From Candidatus Latescibacterota bacterium (GTDB taxonomy: Bacteria > Latescibacterota > UBA2968 > UBA8231), in the NCBI GenBank assembly GCA_965208105.1, contig OZ242318.1:800001-864000 (forward strand): a DNA stretch of 64,000 nucleotides, given 5' to 3'. Position numbers and translations under genes: made by a program. The notes below the pieces were generated by a model. It had not been told where the DNA came from. It saw nothing but the letters and a program-made list of their open reading frames with translations, and searched no databases. This document shows, one piece after another, positions 36,562 through 46,514 of the stretch (its first letter is position 1; each line of letters opens with the position of its first letter).

Positions 36562-39036
36562 CTAATGCGCTATCCCCAATCGATGCATGCGGCGGTGAAT
36601 CGCCTCGCGGGCTTCGATGAAGGGACGCTCCAGGTAGGCGAGATGGTCGTCCTCGCCGTGGTGGTGGGTGGCGGTGCCCGATGGGTGCCGGGCGGCGGTC
36701 TGGCGGATGTAGCTCAGGTTGCCGTCGATGAGGGTGAGCATGTACTGGGCGGCCTCGCGGTCGAACATCCACCACTCTCCGCCGCAGGCCACGTAGATAG
36801 GCGAGGTGTGGGCGAATATCCCCCTTTCCCAGCCGTCGTGGTGAGGAATGCTGGTATAGCCTGGAGCGCCGCAGCGGGCGGCGATCCAGGTGTGCCCGTC
36901 CACCTCTACCTTTGCCTTCAACTCCAGCCTCCGCGCGCCATTGCCGTCTTCAGTGGAGGCAACGACGCGGCCGCCCTGCACGATTTCCAGGGTGTGGATG
37001 GGGAAGATGCTCTGCGCCCACGCTTCCACCTCCACCGTGCCGGCGCCCGGCAACTGCATGGTGTCGCCGATGTGGTGTCCGTCGGCGGTGAGGTGAATGA
37101 TGGGACCGCCGCTGTGAAATGTCCTTCCCCGGGACACGCTCCTGCACCAGTTGTCGTAGCTGAATTCCTCATCGGGCAGGTAGGCGTAGGTGCGGTAGAT
37201 GCCGACGGGGACGTCGCTGCTCATCTTGTCCGTTCCGCCGACCAGGGGCAGGCGGTAGCCGCAGTTCAGGTAGCGGTAGTATTCCAGGTGATTGAAGGGT
37301 GCGTGACGCAGCATCTCCACCCCGTCCACGCGCCCGGAGGCAATCAGAGCGGCCGGCTCGCCGTTGGGGTTGGGAAGGTGGGGGATGATGACCGTGCCGC
37401 CCTGGGCATGGCACTGGTCGGCCCAGTCGCTCATGGTGATCTCCAGGGTCCCGCCGAGCTCGGCTTCACCGGGCCCGTCGCTGCACCACGGCATCACCGG
37501 CTCCTTGAGGCCCCAGAGGATGAGATGCCCGAGAAAGTGCTGCCGGTTCTCCTGGCCGACGTAGACGATGTTGTTGCCGTCTTGGGAGACGCTTGGACCC
37601 CCGGTGAAGTCCTCGGCATTGGTGAAGAGGTTGCCCCACTGGGACGGAAGCAGGTTGACGATGTTGAGGTCTTCGCCCTGGGACTCGGTGTGGCTGCCCT
37701 GGGTGGAGAGGAAGTGGACGTGGGAGTCGCCGCTGTACCAACCTTCCGCGTTCATGTGAATCCAGCGTTTCAGGCGCAATGTCAGCTCCCGCTGCCCAGG
37801 TTCGATGTTCACCCTGGTGCGCAGGGGCTCGTACTCGAACCCCCGGGCAACGTCCACGATGACCTCGCCGCGCGGCAGCCACCCCTGGCAGCGGCCGTCG
37901 ATGTAGGCGTAGGTGATCTGTCCGAGGCGGAGATCGCCGCCGACGTCGATATGCCAGGTGCCGAGGTTGGAATTGACCTGGTTGTGGTGTCCGTGGGGCT
38001 GGTAGGGAATGCCTTCGGGGGAGCGGAAGTGGACGCGGCAGGGGACCGGTTCGCCGCTGTCGTCGTCGAGGACGGTGACGTGAACCCAGTTGCGCCCGCG
38101 GTCGAGAAGCTCCACCCGCATGCGCGGGGTCTCCACCGCCTCCTTCTCCTCCACGTCCCCCCACCTGACCTCACCCACCTCCTCCTCGCCCTGCTTCACC
38201 GTCACCGTCGCCGAGGGAATGGCGGCGACCTCGACGTAGGCGGGGCTCGACCGGGGATTCTGCGCCTCGCCCCAGCCGGCGAAATCATCGCCGACGAACT
38301 CGTCGGCCGACGCCGCGGGCAATGGATGGACGTAAGACGCCGTCCCCCGGTCCACCTCCACGCTGAGATCGAAGGGTTTCTCCGCGTCCTCGGCGCCGGT
38401 CAGGATCAGGCGCGCTTCGCGCTTCCCGTGTTGCACGAAGGGATGCTCGTCGAGGTGGGAAAGGGTGATTCCGGCGATGATGAAGCGCGGCCCGGCGGGG
38501 ATGACTTCCAGGGACTCGAGCGCACGGTCCGGATGGGGATTCTTCCAGGACCACAGGTAATAGCCCCGGGCGTTGCCTCGCGCTACCTCCGTCTGCCGTC
38601 TCCCCATATCCTCCCATCTCCCTTCATTCCGCGGCAGCAACTGGTCGTTCTGGTCCGGCAGGGCGAGGAAGGGCGAACCCCCTTCGGACAGGTGCGCAAT
38701 TTCAAAGCGCTCGCGGATGGGGACGCGGATTTCTTCGCCGCCCGCCAGGCGGAACACGTAGTCGGCCACGGGATTTCCCAGCGGGCCGCCATCCATCAGC
38801 TCGGATTCCAGCAGACGATGGGCGATGATCACCCTGCGCGCGGGCAGGCCGATGGGAACGGTCGCCCCTCCCGAAGCGTCATCAAAAGCCATGAAACACT
38901 TAGCACCGTTCCCGCCCACCTGAAAGGGCAGGCCGCGGAATGTCTGTCTGCCGGTGGGGGCATCCGCGTCCGGGCCCAACACTTCGAGCCCTGCATTGCA
39001 TATCCTCGACAAATCGAGAGGTTGATAGTCTGCCAT
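36562..39036 (-). CDS. CehA/McbA family (PHP-like) metallohydrolase
   Basis: RGFEY, GWYSGDSHVH, GQENR..GHL, YYRYLNCGYRLPLVGGTD, AHTSPIYV; AAGGGG RBS. Confidence 0.85.
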   Translation of the reverse strand: MADYQPLDLSRICNAGLEVLGPDADAPTGRQTFRGLPFQVGGNGAKCFMAFDDASGGATVPIGLPARRVIIAHRLLESELMDGGPLGNPVADYVFRLAGGEEIRVPIRERFEIAHLSEGGSPFLALPDQNDQLLPRNEGRWEDMGRRQTEVARGNARGYYLWSWKNPHPDRALESLEVIPAGPRFIIAGITLSHLDEHPFVQHGKREARLILTGAEDAEKPFDLSVEVDRGTASYVHPLPAASADEFVGDDFAGWGEAQNPRSSPAYVEVAAIPSATVTVKQGEEEVGEVRWGDVEEKEAVETPRMRVELLDRGRNWVHVTVLDDDSGEPVPCRVHFRSPEGIPYQPHGHHNQVNSNLGTWHIDVGGDLRLGQITYAYIDGRCQGWLPRGEVIVDVARGFEYEPLRTRVNIEPGQRELTLRLKRWIHMNAEGWYSGDSHVHFLSTQGSHTESQGEDLNIVNLLPSQWGNLFTNAEDFTGGPSVSQDGNNIVYVGQENRQHFLGHLILWGLKEPVMPWCSDGPGEAELGGTLEITMSDWADQCHAQGGTVIIPHLPNPNGEPAALIASGRVDGVEMLRHAPFNHLEYYRYLNCGYRLPLVGGTDKMSSDVPVGIYRTYAYLPDEEFSYDNWCRSVSRGRTFHSGGPIIHLTADGHHIGDTMQLPGAGTVEVEAWAQSIFPIHTLEIVQGGRVVASTEDGNGARRLELKAKVEVDGHTWIAARCGAPGYTSIPHHDGWERGIFAHTSPIYVACGGEWWMFDREAAQYMLTLIDGNLSYIRQTAARHPSGTATHHHGEDDHLAYLERPFIEAREAIHRRMHRLGIAH

Positions 39037-39193
39037 GAGAGGCGCCCCTTTCCGTTGCGAATAGCGGTGGCGGGTTTCGTGGTAGAGTTGTGGTGTATAA
39101 TATAGGCCCTCCATCGAGGTCTTTGTCAATGCGTTCACCTCACGCCCCGGCCGGACAGGACCACTTGCAAACCGGCTGCAGGAGAAACTGAAT

Positions 39194-40090
39194 ATGGTGC
39201 GCACGGCACCGCTGGATCGCTCCCATCTTCACCAGACACTGGCGCTGGTCAACAGTCATCTTGGCACCCTGGTTCCCGGGTGGAGCTTGACTCCAGATTA
39301 TTTCTGGGAGCGCCTGAAGAGCAATCCCGAGGAGTATGTCGTCGATCCCTGGGTTGTCGAAAGGAAGTCCATCGTCGGGATAGTCAGGGACCGCGTCTGT
39401 GCTGCGGCCCACCTCCTCCGCTACGGCGACGACACGCGCTGGAGCGGAGTTGGAGAAATTGCCTGGATCCTGTTCTTGCCCAAGGAGCGCGAAGCCGGCG
39501 CGGCGGTTCTGAGTGAGTGCCGGCGCCAGATCAAGGCCTGGCAGGTAACGAAGGAGCAGATTTCGGTTTCCCTGCCCGTTCCGGTGTGCGTGGGAATACC
39601 GGATGTCTGGCCCCACATCGGCGGTCTGATGGAACAATCCGGCTATTCGGCCAATGATGACATTGACGAATCCGTCTATGGTGGAAGCCTGGAAGGAATC
39701 TCCGGTCCGGATGGGTCGCCCATAAAAGGCGCAACGATCCAACGCGAGGTTGGGGATCTCAGTACTCGATTCGTCGCCCGGCTGGGGGGACGCGACATTG
39801 CCTGCTGTGAATGTATTTCAGACTTCACCGCAGGCGGCCAGTTGCCTGCATTTGCCGGATGGGCGGAGCTCTCGGAGCTGGAAACGTGCAAAACGATGCG
39901 CAATCGGGGAGTGGGTTCATGGATCGTCCGTCACGCAGTTGAATGGCTGCGGCTGGCAGGCTGCGAGCGGATTGTGATGGCTGTGGCACGAGAGGACGAA
40001 AGGGCGGGTGCGGGCAGGTTCTACAACCGGTTTGGCTGGATGCCTCTGGTACGAGAAAAAAAGCATTGGCGGAGGCAGAAAGGAAAATAA
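39194..40090 (+). CDS. GNAT family N-acetyltransferase
   Basis: C-terminal MRNRGVGSWIV..RFYNRFGW. Confidence 0.8.
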   Translation: MVRTAPLDRSHLHQTLALVNSHLGTLVPGWSLTPDYFWERLKSNPEEYVVDPWVVERKSIVGIVRDRVCAAAHLLRYGDDTRWSGVGEIAWILFLPKEREAGAAVLSECRRQIKAWQVTKEQISVSLPVPVCVGIPDVWPHIGGLMEQSGYSANDDIDESVYGGSLEGISGPDGSPIKGATIQREVGDLSTRFVARLGGRDIACCECISDFTAGGQLPAFAGWAELSELETCKTMRNRGVGSWIVRHAVEWLRLAGCERIVMAVAREDERAGAGRFYNRFGWMPLVREKKHWRRQKGK

Positions 40091-40219
40091 TCGCGCCCAG
40101 GATGGGTGTGCGTGCCTGGCCGTCGGCCCCAGACAGGTCAGCTGGGCTAACCTAACTGACCCCAAGGCGGATATTGCGGGAGGCCAGGCGCAGGTCCCCG
40201 CAGGATCCCGCACCCCGTG

Positions 40220-40416
40220 TCAGGCCCCCTCGAGGTCGTGGCGATGCGCCGCGACCATCAGGATCGAAGGCGGCTCCAGATCCAAAAGGTGGGCCGCGGT
40301 CTCGTAGACTTCCCGGTCGGCCTTGTAATGGCGCGCATTCCCTCCGCCCAGGCCGGGTTGGCGTTGGCGGCGAGTACCCGGCGGATATCGACCACAAGCT
40401 GCAGGTTCGATGTCAA
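40220..40416 (-). pseudogene. Chimeric relic: possible AlkD-like N-terminus joined to a haloacid dehalogenase type II fragment
   Basis: TTG overlapping the upstream stop gives LVVDIRRVLAANANPAWAEGMRA; another frame gives ARHYKADREVYETAAHLLDLEPPSILMVAAHRHDLEGA* (HAD-II motif YKP..VY..MVAAH..DL). Confidence 0.55.
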
Positions 40417-41291
40417 CGCTTCCTCGCGGCTTTCCTCAGCGCCCCTTTGAACGCCTTCTCGATCTCGCCGCGGGCGACGATCGCGTCCTTCCAGATGTCG
40501 GGGAAGCAGGCCAGGCCATAGCCCGAACCCTTCGGCCCCAGCTCGACCACGGCCCAGAGCACGGAGGCTCCACGCTGTCCCTTGACCCAGTGGAAAAGAA
40601 GGTGTTTGAGGAAGTTGTCGCGCCAGGTGATGAAATCCGGGTCCAGGGCTCCGCGGCCGTTGGTGACCGGCGTCTGGCAATGGCTCCCCGTGAAGGTGCG
40701 GAAGTGAATCAGCTCGCTCCTTTTGAGCAGGTCGGGGCGGTATTCGGAAATTCGCTCCCAGAAGTTTTCAGGGCGCAGCTGTTTGATGATCGCCGGGTGG
40801 GAGTGGTCGAAATTGGTGCTCAGCTTCTCCTTGTAGCGCTTCTCGTACTGCGCCGCCAGCGCCAGCCCCTTCTCCGGGGTCTCGGTGCAGGTGTCGCGGT
40901 GCCATTCGATGGCCGGCTTGAGCCTCAGCTTCCTGCCCTCCTTCATCACCGCCCGCGCCACGGTCACCGCCCTGGGAATGGGCGTATCGTGGTCGCAGAG
41001 CTGGACGTTGACGTGCCGGGCTCCCGCCTCCTTGAAAGCCGATAGCTTGGGACCGGCTTCATCCACCGTGGCAATATCGACCCCGCCCACGAGCTGCAGA
41101 CCGTGCCTGGCGCAGGCCTCGGCGATCTCCGGATCGGCCCCGGCGCTGAAGCCGTCGAAGCCGGCGTCCCTGGCGGCCCGGACCTTGGCGTCCATGGACC
41201 ACTGCCTGGCTTCCGAGGGATAATTCGTCAGGGTCCATGCCGCGGCACAGAGCTTGAGCTGCGGTCTTCTGACCTGCTTTTTCCTGGCCAT
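40413..41291 (-). CDS. Xylose isomerase-like TIM-barrel protein
   Basis: AGFDG, IEWHRDT, FDHSH, IHFR, ELGP; AGGAGAGG RBS. Confidence 0.8.
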   Translation of the reverse strand: MARKKQVRRPQLKLCAAAWTLTNYPSEARQWSMDAKVRAARDAGFDGFSAGADPEIAEACARHGLQLVGGVDIATVDEAGPKLSAFKEAGARHVNVQLCDHDTPIPRAVTVARAVMKEGRKLRLKPAIEWHRDTCTETPEKGLALAAQYEKRYKEKLSTNFDHSHPAIIKQLRPENFWERISEYRPDLLKRSELIHFRTFTGSHCQTPVTNGRGALDPDFITWRDNFLKHLLFHWVKGQRGASVLWAVVELGPKGSGYGLACFPDIWKDAIVARGEIEKAFKGALRKAARKR

Positions 41292-41368
41292 TGTCCTCTC
41301 CTTTGCATGGGATGATTTTGCCGTTGCGCGCAGAGCCGGCATCGGCGATGAGTACGTCGGATGTTCTC

Positions 41369-42442
41369 TCAGGGCACCAGTTGCACCTTTATCGAGTCCG
41401 CGCCTTTCCGAACCATCTCGAATCCTTCGAGATAGTCCTTCAACGGCAACTGGTGGGTCACGATCAGGCCCACGTCGATCAAACCGCGGTGGATATAGTC
41501 GATCGCCAGCGGATAGGCATGCGGACCCAGGTGCGAGCCGTGGATGTTGAGCTCCTTGGTGTCGCCGATGATGGTCCAATCAGCGGTCACCGGCTCCCGC
41601 ATGACGCTGAATTCGACGAAGGTGCCCGCCTTGCGGATCATGTGCAGCCCCTGCTCCACCGCCTGCGGATTTCCCGTCGCCTCCAGGTAGACGTCGCACC
41701 CGTAGCCTTCGGTCAGGTCCAGCACTTTCTGCACCGCATCCTCCTCCGCCGGGTTTACGGCGATGTCCGCTCCCAGCTTCCCGGCGACCTCCAGGCGTCC
41801 GGGCACCAGGTCGACGGCGACGAGCATGCCCGGGTTTTTCAGCTTCGCCGCGGCGATCATGCCGAGGCCGAGGGTGCCCGCCCCGGCGACCACGACGACG
41901 TCGCCGAACTCGATGTCGCCGCGCTGGACGGCGTGGATGGAGCAGGCCAGCGGCTCGATCATCGCCGCGTTCGCCGCGGGGATGTCGGACGGGACCTTGT
42001 AGACGAGGGAGCGCGCCGGGAACTTCATGAAGTCCGCCATGCCGCCGTTGACCGCCGCCTGAAAGCCGTAGATGTTGTGAACCTGGCAGAGCCAGTACTT
42101 CCCGGTGCGGCAGTAGCGGCACTCCCAGCAGGGGACTATCTGTTCGGCAATGGCGGTATCGCCGAGCTGGATGCCGTGCTTTTCACCGGCGCCGTCCCCG
42201 AGCTCAACCACCTCTCCGATGAACTCATGCCCGGCGATGACCGGCGCCTGCACGAAGGGCCGGCGGTGTTCGTCGCCCCAGAAAAGCGGGGCGCCGGTGT
42301 AGCACTTGATGTCGCTGGCGCAAATCCCGCAGGCTTTTACCTCGACGACCACCTCCCCCGCCTCCGCCCGGGGCACCGGCACCTCCTCGAGGCGGTAATC
42401 CAACGGTTCGCGGCAAATGACAGCGCGCATGGTTTCCGGCAT
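41369..42442 (-). CDS. Zn-dependent MDR polyol dehydrogenase (erythritol/L-threitol dehydrogenase-like)
   Basis: CGICASD, GHEF, CWECRYCRTGKYWLC, EPLAC, GAGTLG. Confidence 0.92.
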   Translation of the reverse strand: MPETMRAVICREPLDYRLEEVPVPRAEAGEVVVEVKACGICASDIKCYTGAPLFWGDEHRRPFVQAPVIAGHEFIGEVVELGDGAGEKHGIQLGDTAIAEQIVPCWECRYCRTGKYWLCQVHNIYGFQAAVNGGMADFMKFPARSLVYKVPSDIPAANAAMIEPLACSIHAVQRGDIEFGDVVVVAGAGTLGLGMIAAAKLKNPGMLVAVDLVPGRLEVAGKLGADIAVNPAEEDAVQKVLDLTEGYGCDVYLEATGNPQAVEQGLHMIRKAGTFVEFSVMREPVTADWTIIGDTKELNIHGSHLGPHAYPLAIDYIHRGLIDVGLIVTHQLPLKDYLEGFEMVRKGADSIKVQLVP

Positions 42443-42775
42443 TCAGAGCCTCCTTGAGAAGTTGGCGAGCCGGTGCCTGCGACCAATTGGTAAATAAAGA
42501 GCCCTTCTGGGGATCTCTGTCAAGAGGACAAAGTGAGGCCTGGCCTGGTGAGGACCACCCCGTCTCTGCAGGTTGGATTTGACCCGCAGGACCAGCCCAT
42601 GTTTACCGGATGGGGTGGTGAATTTCTTTTTCGGGTGTTGCAGGAGTCCAGGATTTTGGCGAACATAGACGGGCAGCAGCGGTCCTGGTGCATCAGCATG
42701 GGAACGCGGATACCTGGGCCGTGGAGCCATTTCAAGACCGATGCAGCCGCGACTATCGAAGATCGACCATTGACC

Positions 42776-43642
42776 ATGGCGAACCCGACCCAGTCCCCCT
42801 TGCCGTCCACCGCCCTGCAGGTCGAGCCGCTCACACCCGCCATCGGGGCCGAGGTCTCCGGCGTAGATCTTTCCCTGCCACTCGACGATCAGACCCTCTC
42901 CGGGCTGAAGGAGGCGTGGTCGCGCCACCTGGTCCTCTTCTTCCGCGATCAGGAGCTGACCTTCGAGCAGCACAAGGCGCTGGGCCGCCGCTTCGGTGAG
43001 CTCCACATCCACCCGGCCGCGCCCAAGGAGGCCGAGCACCCGGAGATTCTCGTCGTCCGCGGGGACGACAAGGTGGAGTTCGTGGCCGGGAACCTGTGGC
43101 ACTCCGACGTCTCCTGCGACGCCGAGCCGCCCATGGCGAGCATGCTGCGCGTCGTCCAGGTGCCCTCCTGCGGCGGCGACACCCTCTTCGCCAGCATGTA
43201 CGCCGCCTACGAGGGGCTTTCGGACCGAATGCAGCGCTTCCTCACCGGGCTCACCGCGGTGCACGACGGGGAGCAGTACTACCGCGGACGCTACGGCGGC
43301 GGCAACCTGCGGGACGGCCATTACCCCGCGGCCGAGCACCCGGTAGTCCGCACCCACCCGGTCACCGGCAAGCCCGCGCTCTACGTCAACGAAGGCTTCA
43401 CCACCCGCATCAAGGAACTGCCGCCGGCCGAAAGCGACGCAGTGCTCGCCTTCCTGTTCAAGCACAGTGCGCAACCAGACTACCAATGCCGCTTCCAGTG
43501 GCGCGAGAACTCCGTGGCCTTCTGGGACAACCGCTGCACCCAGCACCTGGCGATCTGGGACTACTACCCCGAGATTCGCCACGGCTTCCGGGTCACGATC
43601 AAGGGCGATGCGCCTTACTTCGACCCCGGAGGCGGGCAGTGA
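42776..43642 (+). CDS. TauD/TfdA family dioxygenase
   Basis: PLTPAIGAEVSGVDL, WHSDVS, GGDTLFAS, HPVVRTHP, WDNRCTQH. Confidence 0.94.
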   Translation: MANPTQSPLPSTALQVEPLTPAIGAEVSGVDLSLPLDDQTLSGLKEAWSRHLVLFFRDQELTFEQHKALGRRFGELHIHPAAPKEAEHPEILVVRGDDKVEFVAGNLWHSDVSCDAEPPMASMLRVVQVPSCGGDTLFASMYAAYEGLSDRMQRFLTGLTAVHDGEQYYRGRYGGGNLRDGHYPAAEHPVVRTHPVTGKPALYVNEGFTTRIKELPPAESDAVLAFLFKHSAQPDYQCRFQWRENSVAFWDNRCTQHLAIWDYYPEIRHGFRVTIKGDAPYFDPGGGQ

Positions 43643-43820
43643 CGGGTGCGGTCCCGCATGCGCTGGCCGCCCTTTCCGGCCCCCGCGAACGGGCAGGCTG
43701 GGACGGCGAAGTCATGGCCCGGGGTGCCGGCCTCCTGCCCACCTATGAGGGCACCGCCGAGCCCGTGGCCTGGAACCGGGTGCCGGGCGAGGCACTCACT
43801 CACTGAAAGAGACCTTAGCT

Positions 43821-45179
43821 ATGCACGCAGACCCGATATTGTTGAACGACAGGCGCATGCAGTCTTTCATCGCCGACGGCTATACAGTGGTCCAAACCGA
43901 TCTGAGCGCGGAATTCCATCACTCAATCTACCGACAAATCGAGGATCTTTTGGCCGCCGATGGCAACCCCGGCAACAACCTGCTGCCCCGCATCCCCGAC
44001 CTGCAGAAGATCTTCGACGAACCCCGGGTGGCGGGAGCTCTGACCAGTATCCTGGGGCCGGGCTACTATCTTCATCCGCACCGGTACTGCCATTTCAACC
44101 AGCCGGGTTCCGGGGGGCAGAAGCTGCACAAGGACTCCTGGAGCCGGCGGCACCACCGGCCGCGCTGGGCCATGGCCTTCTACTATCCGCAGGACACGCC
44201 GGCCGAGCGCGGCCCCTCCGGCGTGGTTCCCGGCAGCCACTACCACAACCGCCTGGACCAGGGGGCCGGCGAGCGGGAAATCGCGCTTACAGGAGAGGCC
44301 GGGACGGTCGCCATCGTCCACTATGACCTGTGGCATCGGGCGACCCCCAACAACACCGGACAGAATCGCTATATGGCCAAATTCCTCTTTGTCCGCCTCG
44401 AAGAGCCGGACGGGCCCGGTTGGAACGCGACGGGGGAGCCCTGGAGCATTAACGGACATGCCTCGGCGCACATGTGGCACAGCATTTGGGAATGGTACGG
44501 CGGGCGTTCCGAGGGTCCAGCCGCCGAGAAGGGTGAGCAGCCGGGCCTGCTGCAGGCCCTGATGGGCGATTCCGAGGAGGCAGGTCAAGCGGCGGCCTAT
44601 GCCCTCGGCCGCGCCCGAGAGCCGGCCGTGGGACCCCTCATGGACTGCCTGCGCCGGGGACCGGAACAGGTGCGACGCAACGCCGGCTACGGTCTGGCCG
44701 CGGCGGGTTCCGCGGCAGCGGATGCCCTGGCACAAGCCTGCGCCGACGGCGACCCGGAGGTGCGGCTGGCGGCCGTCGACAGCCTGGGCGATATGGGCCG
44801 GGCAGGCGCCCCGGCGGTGCCGGCACTGCAGAGGGCGCTGGGGGACCCGTCGAAGAAGGTGCGGGGCCACGCCGCCGAAGCCCTGGGAGCCATGGGGCCA
44901 CTGCCCTCGGCGCTACTGGAGGAGCTGGCCGCCGCCCTCGGCGACGACGACGAATGGGTTCGGCGCAACGCCGCCCTGGGTCTGGCGCGGCAGGGCCGGG
45001 CTGCCGAGGCCGTGCAGCCGGCGGTGGTGGCCGCCCTGAAGGATCCGAATCGCTACGTCAGCGCAAAGGCGGCCAAGATCCTGGAGCGCATCGGCACGCC
45101 GGAGGCCACCGAGGTTCTGTTCGACTACCTGTTCGCCGCGCGCTGGTGCCCCGCCACCTCCAAAGATACGCCGTTTTAA
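43821..45179 (+). CDS. PhyH-family dioxygenase fused to C-terminal HEAT repeats
   Basis: LHKDS, YYPQDT..GPSGVVPGSH, DLWHRA; repeated D..VR..AA.ALG. Confidence 0.9.
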   Translation: MHADPILLNDRRMQSFIADGYTVVQTDLSAEFHHSIYRQIEDLLAADGNPGNNLLPRIPDLQKIFDEPRVAGALTSILGPGYYLHPHRYCHFNQPGSGGQKLHKDSWSRRHHRPRWAMAFYYPQDTPAERGPSGVVPGSHYHNRLDQGAGEREIALTGEAGTVAIVHYDLWHRATPNNTGQNRYMAKFLFVRLEEPDGPGWNATGEPWSINGHASAHMWHSIWEWYGGRSEGPAAEKGEQPGLLQALMGDSEEAGQAAAYALGRAREPAVGPLMDCLRRGPEQVRRNAGYGLAAAGSAAADALAQACADGDPEVRLAAVDSLGDMGRAGAPAVPALQRALGDPSKKVRGHAAEALGAMGPLPSALLEELAAALGDDDEWVRRNAALGLARQGRAAEAVQPAVVAALKDPNRYVSAKAAKILERIGTPEATEVLFDYLFAARWCPATSKDTPF

Positions 45180-45266
45180 TCGGTCGCATTCCCCAAGTCC
45201 CGAGAGTGCCCCAATACAAAGGCCCCGCTCCTGGCGGAATGGGCGGCAGACCGGCCTCGGCGCCGA

Positions 45267-46247
45267 TCATCCCGCCCGGCGCCTGAGTATCTCGAGGGTA
45301 TCCGCCGCGCCGCTGTATTCCGCCCAGCTCGCGGGGGTGCCGCCGTGGGCGCCGTCGACGACGGTCGGATCGGCGCCGCGGTCGAGCAGCAGGTTGACGC
45401 ATCCCACGCAGTTGTGCTGGGCCGCCAGGTGCATGGCCACCGCATTTACCCCGTGACCTTCACCGCCCCAGTCGTGGCGCAGATCGGGATCGGCGCCATG
45501 GTCAAGCAGCCATTCCGCCGCTTTCACCTTGTCGCTGTAACATGCCCAGAGCAGCGGCGTGCCGCGAAAGGCGCTGGCGTTGACGTCGGCTCCGAGGGCC
45601 ACCAGCGCCTCCATCGAATCGCATTGATCGTTGCGCGCCGCCCAGGACAAGGCCTCGTCGAGGATTTCCTGGCGGCTGAAGCTACGATTCCATTCCGGAA
45701 AGAAGACGGGGGCAAAGAAGTCGAGCCCCCTGCAGGCGGCGGGGGTCAAGCTGCCCCCGTCGAAGAAGCGGTCCAGGTCACCGCCGAGGGCGGCGGCGGA
45801 CCGCAGATTGTCGGGATGGACCGGCGTCAGGACTTCGCCCATGCAGGTCTTGGCGTAGAACAAGGCGTAGGACAGGGGCGATCCGCCTTCCTTGCCGTAA
45901 GCGTTGGCGCGGACGGAGGCGCCGGCCTCGACAAGGCGTCTACCCAGGCCGGAATGACCGGCCATGCCGGCGGTGTGCAGCGGGGTCCAGCCGTCGTTGT
46001 CGGCGGCGGAAGGGTCGGCGCCGGCGGCGAGCAGCAGATCCACCGCGGCGTGCTGCTCGGGAGTTCCCGGATCCGGCGGAATGGCGATATCACCGGTAGC
46101 GGCGCGGCAGGCCAGGTCTAGCAGGGTGCGGCCGTCCTCGTCGCGGTCCGCCAGGACTTCCGGCGAACGGGCCAGTATTTCGCGCAGGTGGTCGAGGTCT
46201 CCGCCGCGGGCGGCAGCGGCGGCCTGCGTTGGTTCGCTTCCTGTCAT
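45267..46247 (-). CDS. Ankyrin repeat protein
   Basis: DGRTLLDLA, DGWTPLHTA, GTPLLWA, LLDHGADP, LLDRGADP. Confidence 0.92.
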   Translation of the reverse strand: MTGSEPTQAAAAARGGDLDHLREILARSPEVLADRDEDGRTLLDLACRAATGDIAIPPDPGTPEQHAAVDLLLAAGADPSAADNDGWTPLHTAGMAGHSGLGRRLVEAGASVRANAYGKEGGSPLSYALFYAKTCMGEVLTPVHPDNLRSAAALGGDLDRFFDGGSLTPAACRGLDFFAPVFFPEWNRSFSRQEILDEALSWAARNDQCDSMEALVALGADVNASAFRGTPLLWACYSDKVKAAEWLLDHGADPDLRHDWGGEGHGVNAVAMHLAAQHNCVGCVNLLLDRGADPTVVDGAHGGTPASWAEYSGAADTLEILRRRAG

Positions 46248-46514
46248 GTCAGCTTTCCTCCCAGATCTGAAACACAGGTCGTGGATACAAGGGCCTCAGC
46301 GGTCCCGGACCCATTTCACCCTCTTCCAGGGGATTCAAAAGGAGATGCGACCGGGAAACCCAGGGGCTCAGCAGGCGCGCAATTCTATCACCCGCTTCCC
46401 GGAAATTAATATTTGCCGGACCGTTAAACCTGCTTACAACCGCAAAATCAAGCAGGCAATGCGGGGTCAGAAGTCCCGGTGTCTCCCAATCCGGCAGAGA
46501 CTGCCTGCAATCGC

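Noticed and set aside
36073-39105. Long antisense or alternate-frame ORFs (1010 aa here; also 17538-20039, 47016-48842, 59191-61107, 61910-64000, 62371-63552)
   Set aside because: They shadow well-supported genes, lack motifs and are expected in high-GC DNA.
43639-43806. 55-codon ORF overlapping the TauD stop (GTGA)
   Set aside because: No recognisable motif. It may be a relic but is unsupported.
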